Shown piece after piece: positions 9,619-17,754 of a DNA stretch of 64,000 nt; within the stretch, counting starts at the first letter, position 1, and each line of letters opens with the position of its first letter. The DNA is from a virus. Position numbers and translations under genes: made by a program. Where the stretch lies: the IMG/VR virus record IMGVR_UViG_3300047471_000729, positions 28,967-92,966 of that record. One strand, written 5' to 3'. The notes below the pieces were generated by a model. The model saw only the letters and a program-made list of their open reading frames with translations. It was not told where the DNA came from and made no database searches.

Positions 9619-12298
9619 TGATAAAAATTCTCCAACCGAACAAGACGATCTTGTTCCTGTTCCATATGCAGGTGTAGTTGGGACTGATTTTCTAACGTTT
9701 GCTGTTGGGATTGGGGCCAATGTTGAAGCCCAGTCTGATTACTTAGCTGACCCTCAGCGTCCATCAGGAAACCTTCCTGGTATTGCGCGGTCAAATTTCA
9801 ATAACAAGGCAATAAGGCAAGGTACCTTTGTTGCTCATAGCCTTTGTCTCTGGGTCAGTCAGCAGATACAGGCATACATCCCTGACGACGGAGATGACAT
9901 TCACTGGATTGCCGAGTTTAGTCAGGCTCTCGCTGACTTTATCATGATCACTATTCCGCCACCGCCTAATCTTGGTGCATATTTGCCACTAGCCGGTGGC
10001 ACAATGACTGGTAATATTTCCTTTGTAGCAGGTATTAGCACGATTCTGGCTAATAACACTTGGTACTATGGTAAGGATACTACTGGTCAGGCTCGTGGTC
10101 TTATCGTTAGGGGTGCTGATGATAACGTATTCATCAATGATGGTTCCGCAACTTACGTTCATATTAACGGAACACCACTTCTCAATAACAACTTTATCTA
10201 CTCCGGCAGAGACACTTTAGGGAACACTCAGAGGGTTATTGGCTTCCTGAGCGATAACGCTGTGCATGTTGGTGGTTCAGGTAATATCTGGCTGGATAGC
10301 ATTGGTGGTTCAGTATACGCTGCAGGTAATATCGCTATTCCGAATAACAGCTACTACTACTGTCAAGATACAGCGGCAAACGAGAGAGCGGTACTGGGAA
10401 TTAACACAGCCAATTCCCTAATGATTGGTAGTGGTGGTGTAGGTTCAACCGACATCTATGCGGGTGGGGCTAATACTATCAATCTTCACAATAATACACT
10501 TGCCCTTGGTCAGCTTCAGACCAATGGTTATTTCTACTGTCAGGGTGGTGAGCGAATCTATATCCCTGGTGGTAATGATCCGCTGCAAATCTACGCGGAC
10601 AATGGGTACTACGCGCGCCTGCATTATGTGGTCGGTGGTACCCGAGACTGGAGCGAGGGCTGCCTTAGCAATGGTCACTGGGCTGTTGCTGATGAGAGTG
10701 CACACGTGGTCCGGATCGAGATTGATTTCAATGGGCAGTTCCACTGCTACAACAACGTGCAGATTGATGGTAGTTTAAATATTAGTGGTAGTGTGGGTGT
10801 TGGTAATCTTACAGTATACGGTGCTGCGCAAGTCAACGGTGGTATGAATGTCTATGGTGGGTTGACCGTTCAGACTGGCAACTTTAACGTAAATGGTGCC
10901 TCAGGATTTGGTGGTGGTGTGACCATGTACAATGGTCTCAACGTCGCCGGTGGTGGTACCACAATGGGATCACTCACTTGTGGCAACTTTGGAGCGGGAG
11001 GCTCAGGTCAGATCAATGGTGGTCTGACAGTCTATAATGGTCTCAATGTTGCGAGTGGGAATGCTAGTGTTGCGGGTACGTTGACAGTTGGTGGTGTCAC
11101 TTCGATTGGTTCCACCCAAGTTAATGGTAACCTCACCGTAACCAACACTCTTCAAGTCAACAACTGGGCCAGCATCTATAATGGCCTGACTATTCAGAGT
11201 GGCAACTTTGGTTGTGCTGGATCGGGGCAGGTCAATGGTGGTCTGACAGTCTATAACGGAATCAATATTGCCTCTGGTGGTGGTTATATTGCCGGTAGTT
11301 GGACCAGTGGTGGAAGTATGACTTGTGGGAATTTCTTGCAGGTCAATGGTGGGGCACAGATCAACGGTGGTCTCACCCTATACAATAGTATCTATGTTGT
11401 ATCGGGTGGTGGCACGATTAACAGTTACTTGAATGTCAATGGTACCACCGGTATTAGTGGCTACTGTCAAATCAATGGTTCGGCAGTCATCTATAATGGT
11501 TTGACTGTTGCTAGTGGTGATTGCAATGTTTCTGGTAATGTGAGTGGTGCTTCCTTCTCAACTGGTGGTAATGCTTATTTTGGTGGTCTTATCCACGTCG
11601 GTCAGATTCAGGTAGGTGGTCTGGCACCTATGTATGATAATGGTGGTAATGTCTTAAATATCAGTAGTTCTGTCCAGATCCATGGCTCGCTTACAACAGA
11701 CTACTTCAGAAGCTTGGGTGCGGTCGATTGTGATCACGTCTACTCCTACAATTACTTACACGCTGACAACTATCTAGATGTTGATGGCTGGGCATATCTG
11801 CGTAGCGGTATACAAATATGGGGCGACGTATTCCAATATGCTGCTAATTTCCAAACTTATGGTCACATCTTCCCCGTTCCTAACGGGTCGCAGGAATGCG
11901 GAACGTGTCAGCACCAATGGCGTAACGTGTTTTCGTACAACTTTGCGACTGAAAGCGACCCCGATAAGAAACGCGATATTGCACCAATTCCGGAAGTTTG
12001 CCTTAGCCTGGTTAACGCCATCAAGCCGTCGACTTTCAAATGGCGAAACGCGGGTGAATTTGACGATCATGGTCGGCCAATGACTGAAGACCACCCATAT
12101 GCAAATACCCATTGGGGGTTTATGCAGCCCGATGTCATGAGCGTTATGAACGACCGTGAGCGGAAACTGCCAGTTTTTGGTGGTGCCTACGAAGACATGG
12201 GAGTAAAGTTACTTCAGTACAATGAGCTTGTCGCGGTGTTGTGGCAGGCGGTGAGAGAACTTTCGTCTGAAGTTGAAGCCTTGAAGAGGAGAGCATAA
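9611..12298 (+). CDS. Tail fibre 3 (baseplate-anchored) with S74-like chaperone
   Basis: ATG at 9611 overlaps the previous stop. N-terminal DFLTFA...ANV..Q...ARSNFNNKAIRQ anchor; many GQ(I/V)NGGLTVYNG repeats; C-terminal SDPDKKRDI...HWGFMQ...YNELVAVLWQAVREL. Confidence 0.88.
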   Translation: MSDDKNSPTEQDDLVPVPYAGVVGTDFLTFAVGIGANVEAQSDYLADPQRPSGNLPGIARSNFNNKAIRQGTFVAHSLCLWVSQQIQAYIPDDGDDIHWIAEFSQALADFIMITIPPPPNLGAYLPLAGGTMTGNISFVAGISTILANNTWYYGKDTTGQARGLIVRGADDNVFINDGSATYVHINGTPLLNNNFIYSGRDTLGNTQRVIGFLSDNAVHVGGSGNIWLDSIGGSVYAAGNIAIPNNSYYYCQDTAANERAVLGINTANSLMIGSGGVGSTDIYAGGANTINLHNNTLALGQLQTNGYFYCQGGERIYIPGGNDPLQIYADNGYYARLHYVVGGTRDWSEGCLSNGHWAVADESAHVVRIEIDFNGQFHCYNNVQIDGSLNISGSVGVGNLTVYGAAQVNGGMNVYGGLTVQTGNFNVNGASGFGGGVTMYNGLNVAGGGTTMGSLTCGNFGAGGSGQINGGLTVYNGLNVASGNASVAGTLTVGGVTSIGSTQVNGNLTVTNTLQVNNWASIYNGLTIQSGNFGCAGSGQVNGGLTVYNGINIASGGGYIAGSWTSGGSMTCGNFLQVNGGAQINGGLTLYNSIYVVSGGGTINSYLNVNGTTGISGYCQINGSAVIYNGLTVASGDCNVSGNVSGASFSTGGNAYFGGLIHVGQIQVGGLAPMYDNGGNVLNISSSVQIHGSLTTDYFRSLGAVDCDHVYSYNYLHADNYLDVDGWAYLRSGIQIWGDVFQYAANFQTYGHIFPVPNGSQECGTCQHQWRNVFSYNFATESDPDKKRDIAPIPEVCLSLVNAIKPSTFKWRNAGEFDDHGRPMTEDHPYANTHWGFMQPDVMSVMNDRERKLPVFGGAYEDMGVKLLQYNELVAVLWQAVRELSSEVEALKRRA

Positions 12299-12639
12299 TG
12301 CCTACTATTGCACAAATTCCAGATGCTCATGCACTGCACACCCAATTGGATGCAGTCAACAAAGCGGTTGCTTTGCTTCAATCTGGAGCACCGGTTACCA
12401 ATTTGACGGTGACCCCTGCTACTGATTTAACAATTCCCACGATGGCTCCTCCTCTACCTGCAGCAGGAGCTATGGAAGCACCGCCAGTAGTGACACCTAC
12501 GGTATATCAGCCACCAGTGACTATCATTCTTGATCCACCAATCACTGATGCTGCGACGATTGATACCTTGATTACTGCGCTTCAGGTGCGCGCGGGCGAG
12601 ATCACGCAAACTCTAATCGACAATGGGTATTCGTCCTAG
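12298..12639 (+). CDS. Tail-fibre-associated small protein (paralog of the 4636..5217 N-terminus)
   Basis: Coupled TAATG junction; pattern shared with 4636 (LH......A..LL..G....N.TV.P ... LI..L..R..E). Confidence 0.6.
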   Translation: MPTIAQIPDAHALHTQLDAVNKAVALLQSGAPVTNLTVTPATDLTIPTMAPPLPAAGAMEAPPVVTPTVYQPPVTIILDPPITDAATIDTLITALQVRAGEITQTLIDNGYSS

Positions 12640-12739
12640 CTGCACCAGCCCAGAGATCGGCCTCCAGGCGATTCTAGCGGTATGTAATCGACTTCGTGGC
12701 ACCATATAGCGCAGGCTTCCTTCCCTGCAATGTACACGC

Positions 12740-12769
12740 AAAAAAAGGCCCCTACGAAAGGGGCCTTTT
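12740..12769. terminator. Bidirectional intrinsic terminator
   Basis: AAAAGGCCCCT-acgaa-AGGGGCCTTTT with A and T tracts, between convergent late and early units. Confidence 0.9.
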
Positions 12770-12775
12770 CAGCGT

Positions 12776-13834
12776 CTACTCAATCGTGGGTGCTACGAAT
12801 GCTAAGGTCCCCTTCTCGGTGCGGACGATCCGGTAGGTGGTGGTTGCCTCAATCCGTCGAACCTCTGCAAGTGCAGTCCGCATTTCCTCTTCTGGACTGA
12901 TCTTGAATTCTCCGGCGGTGGCGGTGTGGACTCCGGAAACAATGTGAGGTCCGGAACGAATTATTTCTGGTAATGCCACTTTTTCCTCCTCTAATGGTTT
13001 GACAATTGCAGGTGTTGTGGGAACCTCAGTCACACCAACCCAAACTTGGGGTTGAACGACCCGAGGTGGTACTGGAGTCAGACGATTGGCTGGGGTATTA
13101 CCGTGAGGTTGGACCTGATCCAGCAAAAGCCTGATCACAATGGTGTTGTCAACTACTAGAAACTCTGCAGGGCTTGGGCCGCATATTGGAAGGTCACCGC
13201 GAAGTTTCTCTCCTGTAGTACCGTAATAAGATAAGGTACGATCACTTAGGATCCTAGGTGAGGCTGCCTTGTGCAGAGTCCATTGGTCAGGACCATCACG
13301 TTCAGCCCGATACCCATTCCCTATCCCGACGTTACCCAAGTTACGAGGAACGAGAAACTTTATTCGATCCTCATAGATAGCAACCCGTCCTATTACCGGA
13401 TCGGGTGCTGGCTTTGTTTTAGGTACAAAGACCTTATTAGGTTCAACTGCTGGCATTTCGGGCTCCTTTACTTCTGGAGCTGTAGGTTCAGAGGCATATT
13501 CGATCCTGGGTATGTCCGGAATATTGTATTTCTCCGGTTTAGGTTCATATGGTGTAGGCAGTGGACCCAACATCTCTTCAAGTTTCTGCCTTGGCTTGGG
13601 TTCAGGTTTGGGCGGAGGCGGACCAAGTAACTGGACAATGTCACGCTTCTTAATGTCAAGGTCCTTAGCACCACCGGACACTGAGTTGTGTAAGGTAATA
13701 TCCCGCACCTTCCCATTATACAAGAACCTTCCGCGCGGGTGCCTGCTTTTTCGCAAGATGTCTACATGTTTGATCCCATAAGTCTCGCGCAGGAAGTCCT
13801 TGATTGCACTGTAATAGTTTGATGTTTGACTCAT
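12776..13834 (-). CDS. Hypothetical early protein (Pro-rich)
   Basis: 352-aa ORF with GAGGAG RBS and its own promoter. Confidence 0.7.
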   Translation of the reverse strand: MSQTSNYYSAIKDFLRETYGIKHVDILRKSRHPRGRFLYNGKVRDITLHNSVSGGAKDLDIKKRDIVQLLGPPPPKPEPKPRQKLEEMLGPLPTPYEPKPEKYNIPDIPRIEYASEPTAPEVKEPEMPAVEPNKVFVPKTKPAPDPVIGRVAIYEDRIKFLVPRNLGNVGIGNGYRAERDGPDQWTLHKAASPRILSDRTLSYYGTTGEKLRGDLPICGPSPAEFLVVDNTIVIRLLLDQVQPHGNTPANRLTPVPPRVVQPQVWVGVTEVPTTPAIVKPLEEEKVALPEIIRSGPHIVSGVHTATAGEFKISPEEEMRTALAEVRRIEATTTYRIVRTEKGTLAFVAPTIE

Positions 13835-13892
13835 ATCTACTCCTCATTTTGTCCCCCTATGCTCCCTTTTACGTTTTCCTTAAGTGATCTAG

Positions 13893-13921
13893 ATCATATT
13901 GTATTTTGCGATACATTGCAA
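13893..13921 (-). promoter_or_regulatory. Sigma70-type promoter TTGCAA-N17-TATGAT overlapping a TTGC-N8-GCAA palindrome
   Basis: Read directly from the sequence; 17-nt spacer; upstream of 12776..13834. Confidence 0.8.
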
Positions 13922-13924
13922 GCT

Positions 13925-13970
13925 AAAAAAGCAAAAAGAGGAGGCTGCGCCCGATCAAAACACAGCCTCC
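13925..13970 (-). terminator. Terminator after the PEP-CTERM genes
   Basis: GGAGGCTG/CAGCCTCC stem followed on the minus strand by TCTTTTTGCTTTTTT. Confidence 0.7.
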
Positions 13971-13989
13971 TTAAAGTTTTTTGTGTAGG

Positions 13990-14793
13990 TTAGGCTACTG
14001 CACCACCACCAAAGTTGCCTTTGCGGCGACGATACCAACCGACCAGACCAAATCCGAGAATTGCTGAACCAAAGATGGTCAGCGAACCCGGCTCCGGGAC
14101 TGCTGCTGCTGGCGCGGCTTCGACAAAGAACGAGTCTGGACCATCGTTCAACCCTGACATTCTCGCGAGGAACAACACCGTGTCGCCCACATGAATGTCG
14201 TTGTTGGTCAGGCTGAAACCAGAGATCGTGTAATCGGGAAAGCCCGTGCCATTGTTGACATCCGGCACGTTACCAGTAGTACCGCCCGTGAAGCTGTCGA
14301 GTACAGTGTGTGTCGTCAGGTTCAGGAACCAGAAGCTATTCAGCGTCTCAGCGACGTTGGTTGAGTTGATATCGACGCCAATGCTGAACCTCAGATTGTT
14401 GGCAGCATCACCATTGGCAAGCAAGAATGCCAGGAGAGGACTACCTGAACCAACTTGATAACCAGTGGCGAACGTGTCATCGGCGAGCGTGTTGCGCCCA
14501 CCGTTGCCTTGGTCCGAGAACGCTGAGATTGCGCTTAGATTACCTGCGTTGCTGTAATCGTTATATCCGAAATTCGCAGGCTGCTGTGGCTGGTTTTCCC
14601 CGCAGATCACGCATGGCGCGTTCTGCGGTTGATTACCGCCAGGAACGAAATTACCAAGCGATAGGCTGCCTGAGTTAGTGGTGTTCCATTGCACCCCACC
14701 CAAGGTGACAAACGTGTCAGCCTTAGCCGGTGTCATTGAAAGCAGAGCGCCGCAAGCGACACCTGCCATCAAAAGTTTCATTACAGTTTTCAA
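13990..14793 (-). CDS. PEP-CTERM exosortase-target protein 2
   Basis: Signal peptide (MKLLMAGVACGALLSMTPAKA); C-terminal VPEPGSLTIFGSAILGFGLVGWYRRRK. Probable TTG start at 14793 after GAAAGG, or ATG at 14781. Confidence 0.92.
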   Translation of the reverse strand: MKTVMKLLMAGVACGALLSMTPAKADTFVTLGGVQWNTTNSGSLSLGNFVPGGNQPQNAPCVICGENQPQQPANFGYNDYSNAGNLSAISAFSDQGNGGRNTLADDTFATGYQVGSGSPLLAFLLANGDAANNLRFSIGVDINSTNVAETLNSFWFLNLTTHTVLDSFTGGTTGNVPDVNNGTGFPDYTISGFSLTNNDIHVGDTVLFLARMSGLNDGPDSFFVEAAPAAAVPEPGSLTIFGSAILGFGLVGWYRRRKGNFGGGAVA

Positions 14794-14815
14794 CGTACTA
14801 ACCTTTCTATAGTAA

Positions 14816-14841
14816 TTGGTGGGGCCCCAAGACCCCACCAA
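14816..14841. other. Intergenic stem-loop between the PEP-CTERM genes
   Basis: TTGGTGGGG-N8-CCCCACCAA, perfect 9-bp stem. Confidence 0.6.
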
Positions 14842-14846
14842 ACGTG

Positions 14847-15596
14847 CTAGGCAGAGGCGAGATTGCCCTTGCCGTTCTTCCGGCGACGCAGCTTACCCAC
14901 GACACCCATACCAATAAGCGAGGTGCCAAAGATAATCAGCGAAGCAGGTTCGGGCACCGCTTGCGTAGTGACGATTGATTGGGTACGCCCAACCAACGAC
15001 GCACCAGCGATCAGCGTACCGGTGGTCCCTTCCGACAGGGAGTAGGGACCGGTGCTGTCGAACACACCTGAAAAGTTCTGCGAGAACGAGTCAGGATCGA
15101 CCACGGCAGCGTGCGTCAGGGTTGCAAGCAAAGTCCCCGGCAGATCAGTCGGGGTGTCCGCGCCTTGCGTGTTCGCCGCATCACCAAAGAACGTCTCAGT
15201 GACGCTGGAGCCGATACCGGATTGGAACGTCCCGGCGCCACTAGCGGTGAACGCCGTGACCGGACCCAAGAAGCTGGTCCCACTCACGGCAAGCTGAATC
15301 GAAACCGTACCCGTGTTATTGTTGATCACCTGAAACGAGGAGGTGTTCAACGAGTTTGACGGTCCGATTACCTGAGTCTGTGCTGATCCGAGGAACTGCA
15401 CACCGGCGATCGTCTGATTGGCAATTTGCAACTGACCAACTGCGTTGTTGGTGTCGCAAGCTGCCTGATCTGCGCAGACGAATGAAGTACCGTTGATGTC
15501 TGCGGCGATCTGTAGTGTCGCGTTAGCCGAACCTGCCAACGCCAACCCACCCGCAAGGATGGTGCTGGCTAAGGCTAGGTTTTTGAGCTTACTCAT
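14847..15596 (-). CDS. PEP-CTERM exosortase-target protein 1
   Basis: Signal peptide ending GSANA; C-terminal VPEPASLIIFGTSLIGMGVVGKLRRRK; GAGGT RBS. Confidence 0.93.
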   Translation of the reverse strand: MSKLKNLALASTILAGGLALAGSANATLQIAADINGTSFVCADQAACDTNNAVGQLQIANQTIAGVQFLGSAQTQVIGPSNSLNTSSFQVINNNTGTVSIQLAVSGTSFLGPVTAFTASGAGTFQSGIGSSVTETFFGDAANTQGADTPTDLPGTLLATLTHAAVVDPDSFSQNFSGVFDSTGPYSLSEGTTGTLIAGASLVGRTQSIVTTQAVPEPASLIIFGTSLIGMGVVGKLRRRKNGKGNLASA

Positions 15597-15632
15597 ATTT
15601 ACCTCACTTTGCTAGTCTAGCTAGCAGAGCAT

Positions 15633-15648
15633 TGCAATAGCTATGCCA
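15633..15648 (-). promoter_or_regulatory. Sigma54 (RpoN) -24/-12 promoter
   Basis: TGGCATAGCTATTGCA fits TGGCAC-N5-TTGCW with exact GG-N10-GC spacing; about 35 nt upstream of PEP-CTERM gene 1. Confidence 0.8.
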
Positions 15649-15665
15649 CTAGTGTCTTTGTTTGT

Positions 15666-15742
15666 TTTCAAGAGGTTAGGTGTTCGAAGGGGTGCAAAGT
15701 GTAAAGTTTAGGCGACACTTTCATTGTCGGATTTTACACTTT
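15666..15742. promoter_or_regulatory. IHF-like site plus paired TGT...ACA enhancer-binding sites
   Basis: TTTCAAGAGGTTA (15666-15678) has one mismatch to WATCAA-N4-TTR. TGTAAAGTTTAGGCGACA and TGTCGGATTTTACA form an inverted pair (AAAGTGTAAA 15696-15705 / TTTACACTTT 15733-15742). Confidence 0.6.
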
Positions 15743-15917
15743 TTAGTGGGTTCTTTGGGCAATTATCAAAGTGCCATCGAGTTAGTACTCCTCGATTGTT
15801 CTTATGCCCACAGTGAGGGCATTCACCCATGCCCTTTGATGTAAAGAACCTCTCGTTAAAACTAATCGATCGTTCAGGTCGTTTATGTAGTGATCTAATC
15901 TCAGACGATTTTGTCAT
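15708..15917 (-). CDS. Small Cys/His zinc-finger-like protein
   Basis: CPHCG...RWHFDNC; overlaps the upstream gene by ATGA. Confidence 0.55.
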   Translation of the reverse strand: MTKSSEIRSLHKRPERSISFNERFFTSKGMGECPHCGHKNNRGVLTRWHFDNCPKNPLKSVKSDNESVA

Positions 15918-16369
15918 TGTACTTGATCCTTTTCACGAAGCCACGTAGTAATATGTCGCTTGATGATCTTGGGATTGATATTTGGTGGTTCATCATGTGC
16001 CAAGATGAACTTGCCAACCAGCTCAACAGGGTCCGAGTCCACTGGAGGTAATCCTGTTTCAAGCCAATTCTTGACCAGTGGGAGTATATCAGGTGCAGTT
16101 ATGATTAGTTCTTTGAATACATCACTAGCTGGGATCGAGTTGGATGTGGAGGATCCAACCCTTAAAGCCCCATTGTCACCGATATAGTAGTTCTTCTCCC
16201 CATCTTTTTGATAGACTGCATAACGTTGTGATCTGGTTTGCTGTTTTGTATAACCCATCACTTCAAAGCCAGCGATATACTTTTCACGAAGTGTAGTGGG
16301 ATTACGATGATTAACATGGCGACGTCGGACCGTACGACGCCTAGGAGTAGTAAATTGTAAAGGCATCAT
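15914..16369 (-). CDS. Hypothetical protein
   Basis: Coupled ORF in the minus-strand early operon. Confidence 0.6.
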   Translation of the reverse strand: MMPLQFTTPRRRTVRRRHVNHRNPTTLREKYIAGFEVMGYTKQQTRSQRYAVYQKDGEKNYYIGDNGALRVGSSTSNSIPASDVFKELIITAPDILPLVKNWLETGLPPVDSDPVELVGKFILAHDEPPNINPKIIKRHITTWLREKDQVQ

Positions 16370-16566
16370 GCTTCTCCATCTTTGAATAACCAGGACCTAA
16401 CTGCGCAATCCTTGGCCTCCAATAGTTTACGAAGGCAAGTGGTCTTCTCAGGGTTGTTTGGGTATGTGTCAATACCCGCTGCAAACTCCTGAAAGCTTTT
16501 GGATACAGGTTGCAGGTGCTCAGGCAGATGTTTGTACTCGAAAAACTGCATTAGGTAGTGAGGCAT
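16366..16566 (-). CDS. Conserved small helical phage protein
   Basis: GGAGG RBS; QFFEYKHLPEHLQPVSK...PEKTTCLRKLLEAKDCAVR, a widespread phage family pattern. Confidence 0.7.
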   Translation of the reverse strand: MPHYLMQFFEYKHLPEHLQPVSKSFQEFAAGIDTYPNNPEKTTCLRKLLEAKDCAVRSWLFKDGEA

Positions 16567-16594
16567 TGCGACCTCCTGCAAGTATCAACACAGC

Positions 16595-16630
16595 ATTTAG
16601 GCCGGATTGGAAACACCATCCGGCCTAAAT
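16595..16630. other. 13-bp perfect stem-loop (terminator or processing site)
   Basis: ATTTAGGCCGGAT-N10-ATCCGGCCTAAAT immediately after the XRE gene stop. Confidence 0.65.
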
Positions 16631-16631
16631 C

Positions 16632-16955
16632 TTAGGCTACTTGTTCTAGGTCCCCTCGAACATAACGAGGGACTGGAACAGGGCTTCCCCTAGTAAATTT
16701 TGCCGTCGCAAGACGCTCAAATTTTCGTAGAAAGGTCAGGTGTTGCTCGCTTTCCTGGGTTAGGTACCGAACAATCGGCTGACGCATTCTAGCCGGTAGC
16801 TTACCGATCCAATAGGTGTCGAAGGTTCGTTTGGAATTCTCTAGGCGGTTGTAAGTCCATAGGGAGATTCCAAGTGAATCAGCAACCTCTGTTTGCGTCA
16901 GTTCAGCGTTCATGCGCGCCTCGCGCAGTACACGACCAATGTTTCTGTCCATCAT
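16632..16955 (-). CDS. XRE-family HTH transcriptional regulator
   Basis: IGRVLREARMNAELTQTEVADSLGISLWTYNRLENSKR is a Cro/C1 HTH. Confidence 0.88.
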   Translation of the reverse strand: MMDRNIGRVLREARMNAELTQTEVADSLGISLWTYNRLENSKRTFDTYWIGKLPARMRQPIVRYLTQESEQHLTFLRKFERLATAKFTRGSPVPVPRYVRGDLEQVA

Positions 16956-17057
16956 TGCACCAATCCTGTGAGGCTCACTTGCCTACGTGTTATAAATAAG
17001 CATTTTTGCGTCGATTTGCAAGAACAGAAAGTGCGGCAGACGATATCGTTTCCGTGT

Positions 17058-17172
17058 AACGAACAACCCCTGGTTCCTACACTGGGGCTGGAAGGAGGAC
17101 GGACGATATCTTGTAGGACAAGCTGGCATTACTACCAGGCTTCATCCGCTCACCCGATGGAGATCCTCCTTC
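17058..17172 (-). ncRNA. Candidate structured RNA A
   Basis: Minus-strand helices GAAGGAGGA/UCCUCCUUC, CGGAUGA/UCGUCCG, CUGGUA-GUAA-UGCCAG (GNRA loop), CUUGU/ACAAG, CAGCCCC/GGGGUUG; the non-Watson-Crick pairs are G-U on the minus strand. Confidence 0.45.
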
Positions 17173-17179
17173 ACCGTAA

Positions 17180-17497
17180 CTAATGGAGCATGTGACTGGT
17201 TGGGCTGAGAGGACGCACCGCATGACCCAAACGTTTCTTTTGCACGTTCTTTGGTACCAACTTTAGTCCGTTAGTCCGTTCAACGATGTCCCTGGGCTCA
17301 TTGGCCGGTACGACTCGATAGACCATATGGGCGCCCGCTGCCCGAAGACGTCCGCGCTCGTAGTGACGCTGTGACACCTGGTCCCAGTTCTTTTCGTACT
17401 CGGGCGGGTAAGGGCGCTGGGCCAGATAGTCCTGCCATCCACGTGCGCTGTACCCGTTGGGCCTAACCTTTGGTAGGTGATTCGCATTCGAGCTCAT
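17180..17497 (-). CDS. Hypothetical early protein
   Basis: Start MSSNAN after AAGGAG RBS; own promoter at 17523-17550. Confidence 0.65.
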   Translation of the reverse strand: MSSNANHLPKVRPNGYSARGWQDYLAQRPYPPEYEKNWDQVSQRHYERGRLRAAGAHMVYRVVPANEPRDIVERTNGLKLVPKNVQKKRLGHAVRPLSPTSHMLH

Positions 17498-17571
17498 ATG
17501 GGTTCTCCTTACTGACCCCTTAAATATAAGCGGTTTGCGATGAATTGCAAGCTTTAATTTGATCTCAGAGT

Positions 17572-17739
17572 GGGCAGCTTTAGCGGCATCGGCTTCAACG
17601 GGTTTCCCCTCCATCTATCCGCTTGACGACGTGCTGCCCGACGCCGGGAATTAACCCATGCCTAGGGCTTTTTTGCGGGTAGCCGTCCCGCTTCTCATCA
17701 TGAGGGTTGCATCCTCACTAGCCGGGAGCTACCCCGGCT
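17572..17739 (-). ncRNA. Candidate structured RNA B
   Basis: Several stems: AGCCGGG/CCCGGCU, UGAGG/CCUCA, GCGGG/CCCGC, and GGGCAGC/GCUGCCC enclosing AGCGG/CCGCU and GGG-GAAA-CCC. Confidence 0.35.
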
Positions 17740-17754
17740 CGTCGGTAAGTCCAT

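Noticed and set aside
17590-17626. SAM-I riboswitch (GGAGGG...CCC.nUGAAGCC on the minus strand)
   Set aside because: Lacks AUC-AGAG, GCAACC and the pseudoknot loop; only a k-turn-like fragment matches.
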